This document shows, piece by piece, positions 36,983 through 43,792 of a stretch of DNA of 64,000 nucleotides (its first letter is position 1; every line of letters starts with the position of its first letter). The stretch spans positions 12,447 to 76,446 of the forward strand of contig DATHUP010000025.1 of NCBI GenBank assembly GCA_035462175.1, read 5' to 3'. Origin of the DNA: Acidimicrobiia bacterium (lineage in GTDB: Bacteria; Actinomycetota; Acidimicrobiia; Spongiisociales; ZC4RG35). The notes under the pieces were generated by a model. It had not been told where the DNA came from. It did no database searches and was given only the letters and a program-made list of their open reading frames with translations. The translations under genes and the position numbers were made by a program.

Positions 36983-37444
36983 ATGAGAATTGGAGAACTG
37001 GCTAGACGCACCGGCGTGCCCACCAAGACGATCCGCTATTACGAAGAGGTCGGGGTGCTGCCCGCCCCGGAACGGTCGGCCAACGACTACCGCGACTATC
37101 CAGAAGAGGCCGTCGATCGTCTCGGGTTCGTGCGCGACGCCCAGGCCACGGGTCTCACCCTGGCCGAGATCGCCTCCATACTTGACCTTCGTGGCCAGGG
37201 TGAGGCCACTTGCCATCACGTCATCGAACTGCTCGAGGGTCACCTGACCGCCCTCGATCGACACATCCAGACCTTGCGTGAGACACGTAAGAAGTTGACC
37301 GCCCTCACCGAGCAGGCTCGAAGTCTCGACCCCTCCGAGTGTCGCGATCCCAACCGGTGTCAGACCATCACCGGAGAGATGAAGTTGAAGACCCGACATG
37401 GGGGACAGCACCTCCACACCGCTCCGGTAGGCCATAACCACTGA
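36983..37444 (+). CDS. MerR-family heavy-metal-responsive transcriptional regulator
   Basis: [26 protein letters not shown] is the HTH. Candidate metal ligands are Cys77-His78-His79 and Cys120-x5-Cys126, plus a His-rich tail ([15 protein letters not shown]). Confidence 0.9.
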   Translation: MRIGELARRTGVPTKTIRYYEEVGVLPAPERSANDYRDYPEEAVDRLGFVRDAQATGLTLAEIASILDLRGQGEATCHHVIELLEGHLTALDRHIQTLRETRKKLTALTEQARSLDPSECRDPNRCQTITGEMKLKTRHGGQHLHTAPVGHNH

Positions 37445-37486
37445 ACAGGTCCATGGTGAGCTCGTAGTCGATTAGCGACGGGCATG

Positions 37487-37518
37487 TTGACATTCCAGTC
37501 GACTGGAAGCTGTACGGT
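37487..37518 (+). promoter_or_regulatory. MerR-type promoter-operator, copy C (drives the dehydrogenase gene)
   Basis: Plus strand reads TTGACA-TTCCAGTCGACTGGAAGCTG-TACGGT. It lies 43 nt after the merR stop and 35 nt before ATG 37553. Confidence 0.7.
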
Positions 37519-37552
37519 GACCAGGAAGGCCTCACCGAGAAGAGACGAAGCG

Positions 37553-38935
37553 ATGGGAAGTCTCAGAGCCATACCCGACATGACGACGACCATCCAGAAC
37601 GATTCGGTGCCGGTGAGCCCAGCAGTGACCCGGCCGGAAGGGGAACGCTGCCGGAACTCGCTGCACTCTCACGGCAACCCGCCGGTCACGTCCGAGGGTG
37701 GGGGTCTGCTCGATTGGGAAGCGGAGAGATTTCAGCGGGCCGCGCACCGGCTCGGGCTCGAACCAGCCTTGACCTGTGCCTTGCATTGCGCCAACCGGTC
37801 GGTGGAGGTGGAGATCCCCCTGAGACGGGACGATGGCAATCTCGAGGTCTATTCGGGCTATCGGGTGCAGCATTCCCGCGCTTTGGGCCCGGCCAAAGGC
37901 GGACTCCGTTATCACCCTTCGGTCACCGCCGGTGAGGTGACCGCCCTGGCCCGGTTGATGACCTGGAAGACCGCGCTGGCCGGGCTGCCTTTCGGCGGCG
38001 GCAAGGGCGGCATCCCGTGCGACCCGGGCAGTTTCTCAAAGGGGGAGCTGCGACGGCTCACATATGCCTACACCGAGGGAATCCTGCCTGTGATTGGCCC
38101 CGACACCGATGTGGTCGCCCCCGATGTCGGTACGGGTCCCGAGACGATGGGCTGGATCCTGGCTGCGGCCCACCAGGCCGGACAGGGCGACCCTCGGCTG
38201 GTCACCGGCAAGCCGGAGAATCTCGGCGGCAATCGCTTCCGAGCCAAGGCGACCGGTGTAGGCGTCGCCCATCTCGCCGAACTTGCCTACCACCACATCG
38301 GCGGCAGAGTGGATCGAGCGCGGGTGGCAGTGGAAGGCTTCGGGTCGGTGGGCCGCTGGGCCGCCCTGGAGCTCGCGGAACGGGGCGCCAGCATCGTCGC
38401 CGTGGCCGACGTGAGCGGCAGCATCTACTCCCCATACGGCCTCGACGTTTCATCCCTGATCGACTGGACAGCCGGGGGCGGCCCCCTGCTGGGGTACCCA
38501 AAGGCGAACATCTCCGAGGCGAGCGTCCTCGAGACTCCCTGTGACATCGTCATCGCCGCCGCCATGGAAGGAACCCTCACCACTGCGGTCGCTTCCCGGG
38601 TCACCGCCCGTCTGGTGGTGGAAGGGGCCAACGGACCCACCACCCCCCAAGCCGAAACCAGGCTTCATGAGTTGGGTGTCTCCGTGGTCCCTGACCTGGT
38701 CGCCAACGCCGGCGGGGTGATCTCGTCGTACTTCGAATGGGCCAATAGCCAACCGGGTCAGGCTTGGACCGAAGCCGAGGAAAGGCGCCGGGTCCTGGAT
38801 CGTCTCGGCCACATGTGGAGTCTTGTCGCCAACGAGGAGCCGGGCCAGTGGCGTGTGTCGGCGTTGACCCAGGCGATCGTCAGGGTTGTTGACGGTATGA
38901 GGGCCGCGGGGATCATCCAGCGGGCTTCGGGTTGA
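37553..38935 (+). CDS. Glu/Leu/Phe/Val dehydrogenase family protein (glutamate dehydrogenase-like) with an N-terminal extension
   Basis: YSGYRVQHSRALGPAKGGLRYHP..MTWKTALAGLPFGGGKGGI is the catalytic Lys/Gly-rich motif. VAVEGFGSVGRWAA is the Rossmann motif. The start is uncertain (ATG 37553 or 37580). Confidence 0.85.
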   Translation: MGSLRAIPDMTTTIQNDSVPVSPAVTRPEGERCRNSLHSHGNPPVTSEGGGLLDWEAERFQRAAHRLGLEPALTCALHCANRSVEVEIPLRRDDGNLEVYSGYRVQHSRALGPAKGGLRYHPSVTAGEVTALARLMTWKTALAGLPFGGGKGGIPCDPGSFSKGELRRLTYAYTEGILPVIGPDTDVVAPDVGTGPETMGWILAAAHQAGQGDPRLVTGKPENLGGNRFRAKATGVGVAHLAELAYHHIGGRVDRARVAVEGFGSVGRWAALELAERGASIVAVADVSGSIYSPYGLDVSSLIDWTAGGGPLLGYPKANISEASVLETPCDIVIAAAMEGTLTTAVASRVTARLVVEGANGPTTPQAETRLHELGVSVVPDLVANAGGVISSYFEWANSQPGQAWTEAEERRRVLDRLGHMWSLVANEEPGQWRVSALTQAIVRVVDGMRAAGIIQRASG

Positions 38936-39086
38936 GCGCCCACCCGCGGCGGCGGGCACGGACGGGAGGATTGGAAGGGTGAGATCCTGATTCGACTTCC
39001 GATTCTAGGGTTGTTCGTAGCATCAGCTGCGGGGCTGACGTTTAGGGATCGGCGTCGACCAGGGCTCTGAGTTGGGGCAGCGGTGT

Positions 39087-39395
39087 TCAGCCACGGGCGA
39101 GCATCCGGTCGATCTGGGCCTGGTACTGCTCCTGGGCCCGAATCATGTCCGGGTCGACCCACATCGGATCGGCCTCGATCATGGTGTTCATCGAGGAATG
39201 GGCGGTGACCCGCATCCGTTCCAGCATCCTGATGTCTCCGTCGAGCATCTCGACCTCCCCCGACTCGGTCACCATGGGAGCACGGGAGGACGGCTGGGCC
39301 GAACCAGGTGTGAAGCTCCCGCTCAATGCCGCCGCGGTCACCAACACTGCGATGAAAAGGACCCAGCTGGCTGTCGCGATCTTGAGGAACCTCAT
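39087..39395 (-). CDS. small secreted Met-rich protein (102 aa), candidate Cu(I)-binding
   Basis: Signal-peptide-like N-terminus (MRFLKIATASWVLFIAVLVTAAALSG). The mature part has 9 Met in about 75 aa (PMVTESGEVEMLDGDIRMLERMRVTAHSSMNTMIEADPMWVDPDM). A GAAAGG SD is present. Confidence 0.65.
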   Translation of the reverse strand: MRFLKIATASWVLFIAVLVTAAALSGSFTPGSAQPSSRAPMVTESGEVEMLDGDIRMLERMRVTAHSSMNTMIEADPMWVDPDMIRAQEQYQAQIDRMLARG

Positions 39396-39422
39396 GACGA
39401 ACCTTTCTATGGCTCTGTTGCG

Positions 39423-39454
39423 ATCGTACGCCTTCCAGTCGACTGGAATGTCAA
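39423..39454 (-). promoter_or_regulatory. MerR-type promoter-operator, copy D (drives the Met-rich protein gene)
   Basis: Minus strand reads TTGACA-TTCCAGTCGACTGGAAGGCG-TACGAT. It is identical to copy B across the -35 and spacer. Confidence 0.7.
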
Positions 39455-39516
39455 GGGACGGCCGCTACTCACGAGCTCGTCCCGACGGGCACTCTCGATC
39501 GAGAGGAATCCGGTGG

Positions 39517-39840
39517 TCAGTGATCGTGGTCGTGGGTGGTCGTCGTTACCGAAGAGAGCTCCGGTGGGGCCGTGCTCTCACCTGTGAGCAGAGGGCCGAT
39601 GTAGAGCGAGGAGAGCGTATAAGTGAGGGCGAAGACCAACATTGCGATCGCAGGCGCCGCCCAGGTGCCGAACCGTCGGTAGAGACGGATCAGCATTGGG
39701 GTGGCCAGCCCCATCCCGATCACGAAGAACAGGACCTGTCCTCCGGCCCCGGCGAGGATCGCGGCTCCGGCCAGCGGCCCAACATGGTGTAGGACGTGGG
39801 GAGCGACACCACTCACCGCTCCCCAGACCGCGGTGAGCAC
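39517..39840 (-). CDS. small membrane protein with a C-terminal HDHDH tail (107 aa)
   Basis: GTG 39840. Three TM segments (GAAILAGAGGQVLFFVIGMGLATPML; AAPAIAMLVFALTYTLSSLYIG). The tail is TTTHDHDH. The upstream part of track ORF 39517..40245 is shadow. Confidence 0.45.
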   Translation of the reverse strand: MLTAVWGAVSGVAPHVLHHVGPLAGAAILAGAGGQVLFFVIGMGLATPMLIRLYRRFGTWAAPAIAMLVFALTYTLSSLYIGPLLTGESTAPPELSSVTTTTHDHDH

Positions 39841-39887
39841 GTGACGGAGACGGCCCCTCTCATCGGATCTCGGCGTGGTGGCGGTGG

Positions 39888-40756
39888 TCAGGTCCTCGTC
39901 CCTTCTGTGGCTGCCAATGTTGCCATGGCGACCCCTTCGGTCGGGCTGCGACGTCCCAGTCTCCGGTACATGGCGATGCCAAACAACCCGGCAACCAGGC
40001 CGCTCAACTGGTTCCAGCTGAGCGGGCCGATGGCGGCGTCGCCGACCCGCAGGAAGTCGAGCAGGAAGCGTTGCAGCCCGTACCACGCCATCCACAGGGC
40101 GAAGAGTTGACCGTCTTGCATCGGGACGCGTCGTGCCCATACGACGAGAGCAATGAGCAAGACAGCGGCACCAATGAGGTCGTAAGCCGCCACCGGTTGA
40201 TAGACCCCGCACAGCCCGTCCGCTCTCGCCTGTGCCACGGTGCACTGGAGAGAGTTGTGTGCCGGGGCCACGCTGTACCCCGCCACCAACCCATAACCCC
40301 AGGGCAGCGATGTTGGTCTGCCCAGATGCTCAACTATTGCTAGACAGCCGAGTCTGCCGATCACGGTGCCCAGGGCGAGACCGTAGGTGGAGACATCGAG
40401 AGTGGGCAGGACAGGCATACCTAATGCCCTGATTCGCCACAGCCCGACCAGGATTCCGCCGGTGAATCCGCCGAGGATCGAGAAGTTCCCCGAAAGTGGG
40501 CTCAGCGCTGACCAGCCGGCGCCGTCCAACAAGGCGGCCGGGGCGGTGAGGTAGCGGCTCCGAGGAGGGCGCCCACCAAGGCCCAAGACACGACCGACTG
40601 GTACTTGTCCACGTCGCCGCCGGCTCGAGCGAGATGCCGTGAAGCCAGCCAGGCTCCGGCGAAGATACCGAGGGCGATGAAAAGCCCGTGGACCGACAGC
40701 TGGATCGGACCGAGATGGATAGGACCCAGCGGCGGGTAGGAAATCACAGCAATCAT
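39888..40756 (-). pseudogene. lgt: prolipoprotein diacylglyceryl transferase, split by an apparent 1-nt frameshift near 40555-40565
   Basis: The N-terminal 65 aa (MIAVISYPPLGPIHLGPIQLSVHGLFIALGIF..VSWALVGALLG) are in one frame. The remainder (SRYLTAPAAL..GNFSILGGFTGG..VIGRLGCLAIVEHLGRPTSLPWG) is in another frame, as track ORF 39888..40766. Confidence 0.7.
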
Positions 40757-40781
40757 GGACGTTCACGTACCGCGGGGTGGC

Positions 40782-41369
40782 TCACGTCCCCAGGGCGGCG
40801 TCGAGCTCATCGAGCAGCGACTCGGCGGGTACGAACATCTCGGCGTAGTGGCGAACCCAGGCGATCTCGCCGCTCTGCCTGACCAGGGCGAAGCTGTGGC
40901 TGGGTCGGTCGCCGTGGCCGTAGATACCGACCATGCCGTATGCGGCCGAGACTTCGGCTCCCGGATCGATGAGGATTGGACCGTCGATCCCGAACCTTGC
41001 CGCCTCGGCGGCGACCAAGGTTGCCGGGTCGATCATGATCGGGACCAGGCTCATTCCGCGTTCGGCCACCGCTGTGTCGAGCTCGGGGATCTGGGCGAAG
41101 CACCCGTCGCAGCCCACCCCCATGGAGAAGTAGAGGAGAGCGTCTCCTTGGGCGAGCGTCTCGTCGAGGGAAACGATCTGACCGTCGGCTGCGCTCAACT
41201 CGAACGGAATAGCCTGATCTATCTCGGCAGCGTCGGTCTCCGATAGGACGGACACGGCGACGAGCACCGCCAGAGCGAGGGGTGCGACGGCGAAGCCGAC
41301 CCACCTCCAGGGTGATCTCGGCCTGGGTTTGCGGCTACGCCCGCGTGGTGGCTGGATGGTCTTGGTCAT
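40782..41369 (-). CDS. membrane-anchored thioredoxin-fold redoxin (AhpC/TSA/TlpA-like)
   Basis: ATG 41369. An N-terminal TM anchor, then the CxxC motif in YFSMGVGCDGCFAQ. It is 25 nt upstream of lgt. Confidence 0.7.
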   Translation of the reverse strand: MTKTIQPPRGRSRKPRPRSPWRWVGFAVAPLALAVLVAVSVLSETDAAEIDQAIPFELSAADGQIVSLDETLAQGDALLYFSMGVGCDGCFAQIPELDTAVAERGMSLVPIMIDPATLVAAEAARFGIDGPILIDPGAEVSAAYGMVGIYGHGDRPSHSFALVRQSGEIAWVRHYAEMFVPAESLLDELDAALGT

Positions 41370-42258
41370 GACAGCTCCGTTCGTCTGTTTCTTCGTTCTC
41401 GAGGCGGCGATGCCGCCGCCGGGTCGACAATGCGATTGCGGCCAGTGCGACCGCGATGAGGAACAAGCCGATGACCGGGTCGGGGATCCAGGCAAGACCA
41501 TCGAGCACGGGAGTGAGGAACCCCTCGATTCCGGTGCCCAGGCTGGCGCTGAACGAGGGTGCCAGGGACGATCCTGTCACCGCAACAACCGCCAGCACGA
41601 CGGCCATGACCAGGAACATCACCGCCGCCACCAGACCGGCGGTAGTCGTCGCCACGCGCAGGAAACCCACATTGAAAGCCACCGGCCTGGACCCGATCTG
41701 GACCCGATCAGGCCCCAGTCGGTCCCAGAGCAGGGTGAGGATTATCAGCGGGAACACCATCCCGAACACGTAGGCCAACCCGATGCCGACCCCGGCGGCG
41801 ATGCCGGGCGACACTGCCGACAGCGTGAGGACGCCGGCGAGGACCGGGGCGCAACAGGCGCTGGCGGCACCCGAGAACACTCCGAGGGCAAAGATCCCGG
41901 CCGAGTCGGTTCGAGAGATGTCGGGGGATCCCCTGAGGAAGGGAAGTGACCAGGTGCCCCCGCTCAATGAGACGACTGCGAGTACGAGCAGGAGGGCGGC
42001 TCCGAGACCGTATACCGCGGTGTGATAGCGCAGCAGGCTCTCGGTGAGGAGGCTGAGCCCGAGTGTCACCGGGATCAGCACGAGGGCAACCCCGGCGGCG
42101 AACACGAATGCCAGCGGGACCAGACGCCAACGGTGATTGCGGACCGAAGCCGCCAGGAAGGCGGGGAACATCACGACTATGCAGCATGGAGCGAACAGAG
42201 CCACCGACCCGGCCACAAAGGCCGCGAGCAGGGATCCTCCGAGGAACAGACCTTCCAC
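41335..42258 (-). CDS. DsbD/CcdA-family transmembrane thiol-disulfide transporter-like protein with vicinal Cys-Cys motifs
   Basis: GTG 42258 lies 1 nt after the glutaredoxin-like stop. 6-8 TM segments. LFAPCCIVVMFP and GAASACCAPVLAG lie in TM helices. Confidence 0.65.
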   Translation of the reverse strand: MEGLFLGGSLLAAFVAGSVALFAPCCIVVMFPAFLAASVRNHRWRLVPLAFVFAAGVALVLIPVTLGLSLLTESLLRYHTAVYGLGAALLLVLAVVSLSGGTWSLPFLRGSPDISRTDSAGIFALGVFSGAASACCAPVLAGVLTLSAVSPGIAAGVGIGLAYVFGMVFPLIILTLLWDRLGPDRVQIGSRPVAFNVGFLRVATTTAGLVAAVMFLVMAVVLAVVAVTGSSLAPSFSASLGTGIEGFLTPVLDGLAWIPDPVIGLFLIAVALAAIALSTRRRHRRLENEETDERSCHDQDHPATTRA

Positions 42259-42259
42259 C

Positions 42260-42535
42260 TCAGACCGCCACGTCGTTGGATAGCTGGGCCAGATGTTCTT
42301 CCAGTTTGCGGCGGGAGATGCGCCCGTATCCGAAGAACGCGTCATCCACCAGGAGGATCGGTGGGAAGGGGACCTGATGACGCACCAACAGCCCGAGACC
42401 TTCTTCCGAGGAGAGCGGCACCGTTCTCACCGTGAGCGGCGTCACTGTTCCCAGCTCGGCGAGCAGTCGGTCGACTTCCTCGCAGAAGTGACAGCCCGGA
42501 GCGTTGACCAGGACGATGTCAACCGGATCGGTCAT
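42260..42535 (-). CDS. glutaredoxin/thioredoxin-fold small protein (CHFC)
   Basis: MTDPVDIVLVNAPGCHFCEEVDRLL.., 91 aa. Its ATG overlaps the csoR stop (ATGA). Confidence 0.7.
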   Translation of the reverse strand: MTDPVDIVLVNAPGCHFCEEVDRLLAELGTVTPLTVRTVPLSSEEGLGLLVRHQVPFPPILLVDDAFFGYGRISRRKLEEHLAQLSNDVAV

Positions 42536-42852
42536 ACCCCAGCCTCGGCGGTTGCCGTTACGGGGAGGCAATGGTGTGCCTCGCCGTTATGGGGCGCCGA
42601 GCCAAAGGCGGCTGTCAGCAGCTCGTCGACTATGTCCTCGATGCGTCCCTCGGCCACCGCCTCGGGCACACAGCCACGCAGATGAGCTTCGAGCACTTCA
42701 CGACGCACTCGTTCCAGCGCCCCTTGCACCGCCGACAGCTGGTGGAGCACGTCGATGCAGTAGCGATCGTCGTCGACCATGCGGATCACCCCGTCGAGAT
42801 GCCCGCGTGCGGTACGCAGACGGAATGCGACGGACGAGGCCGCAGCCCTCAA
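42532..42852 (-). CDS. csoR: CsoR/RcnR-family metal-sensing repressor with the Cu(I)-type C-H-C signature
   Basis: RLRTARGHLDGVIRMVDDDRYCIDVLHQLSAVQ..EAHLRGC gives Cys-x24-His-x3-Cys. Its TTG start overlaps the SHOCT stop (TTGA). Confidence 0.85.
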   Translation of the reverse strand: MRAAASSVAFRLRTARGHLDGVIRMVDDDRYCIDVLHQLSAVQGALERVRREVLEAHLRGCVPEAVAEGRIEDIVDELLTAAFGSAPHNGEAHHCLPVTATAEAGV

Positions 42853-43088
42853 GAGCCGGTCCGACGAGACTCGACGAGGATCCGCTTCCGCTCCTCGAAC
42901 TCCTCCCTTTCGATCTCCCCACCGGCATATCGGCGTTCGAGAACGCTGAGAGCGTCTGGTGTGGAGCTACCGCCGGTCGTCGTTGCTGATCGAACGGCCC
43001 AAATGAGCAGGGCGATGATCGTCCCCCAAAACAGGATCATCATCGTCCAGCCGAAGAACCCCATCGTGTTCCAGTCAAACCACATCAT
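42849..43088 (-). CDS. SHOCT-domain membrane protein
   Basis: 79 aa. An N-terminal TM segment, then LSVLERRYAGGEIEREEFEERKRIL (SHOCT motif). A GAGGTG SD is present. Confidence 0.75.
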   Translation of the reverse strand: MMWFDWNTMGFFGWTMMILFWGTIIALLIWAVRSATTTGGSSTPDALSVLERRYAGGEIEREEFEERKRILVESRRTGS

Positions 43089-43114
43089 CTGATATCACCT
43101 CGATGGAGATCATG

Positions 43115-43131
43115 CCCCACCCCGGGTGGGG
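43115..43131. promoter_or_regulatory. candidate CsoR operator (G/C-tract palindrome)
   Basis: CCCCACCC-C-GGGTGGGG has perfect 8-bp arms. It lies 27 nt upstream of the SHOCT-csoR operon start codon. Confidence 0.55.
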
Positions 43132-43301
43132 TAGGGCAGAGGCGAAAGTCCCTATCGGGCGAGAGGTGAGGCCGGGACGCTCTCCTGTGTGGGCAGCTTC
43201 GGAGAGCGGTGGCGTCGAGGTGATCTAGCGTCCCCGGCAGTCGAGACACCTGGTGGTCAGGAGCTGGGTTACCGCCGAGTGTTCCGGTCCGGGTTCTGAT
43301 A

Positions 43302-43750
43302 GTGGGACCCGTCGCCTACGCCTCGATGGTGATCCTGCTCCGGGTGTCCGGAAAGAGGACGCTGTCGAAGATGAATGCGTTCGACCTGGTGGTGACGATC
43401 TCACGGGGTCGGTTCTCGCCACCGTCCTGACCGACCGGACATTGGCGCTGCTGACCGGCGTCACCGTGATCGCAGTGCTGATCGCCTGCCAGTTCGTCAT
43501 CACCGCGCTTTCGGTTCGTCTTCCCGCGGTAGAACGCTTCGTCAAGGCAGAGCCGAGTCTGCTGGTCCGCGACAGCCGGCTCCTCCTAAAGGCGATGAGG
43601 CAATCCAGGGTCACAGAAGGAGAAGTGCTGGCGGCGGTTCGTGAAGCTGGAATCGCCTCGTTAGCGGACGTCGCCGAGGCGGTGCTCGAGACGGATGGCT
43701 CCGTGACCGTCGTTCAGGCTTCAGCCCGTTCGAAGGACGAGGCGAGCTGA
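43302..43750 (+). pseudogene. DUF421 (YetF-like) membrane protein, apparent 1-nt frameshift near 43400-43406
   Basis: Frame A reads VGPVAYASMVILLRVSGKRTLSKMNAFDLVVTIS, then hits a stop. Frame B continues TGSVLATVLTDRTLALLTG..EPSLLVRDSRLLLKAMRQSRVTEGEVLAAVREAGIASLADVAEAVLETDGSVTV. Confidence 0.6.
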
Positions 43751-43792
43751 AAGGCTCTCGGCCGATGGTGGTCGGTGCGGCCCGGGTGTCGG

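Noticed and set aside
36929-37441. N-terminal 171-codon extension of the copA ORF in the track (34457..37441)
   Set aside because: The extension is antisense to the merR gene and runs through the promoter-operator. ATG 36928 gives a canonical TRASH-domain N-terminus just downstream of the -10.
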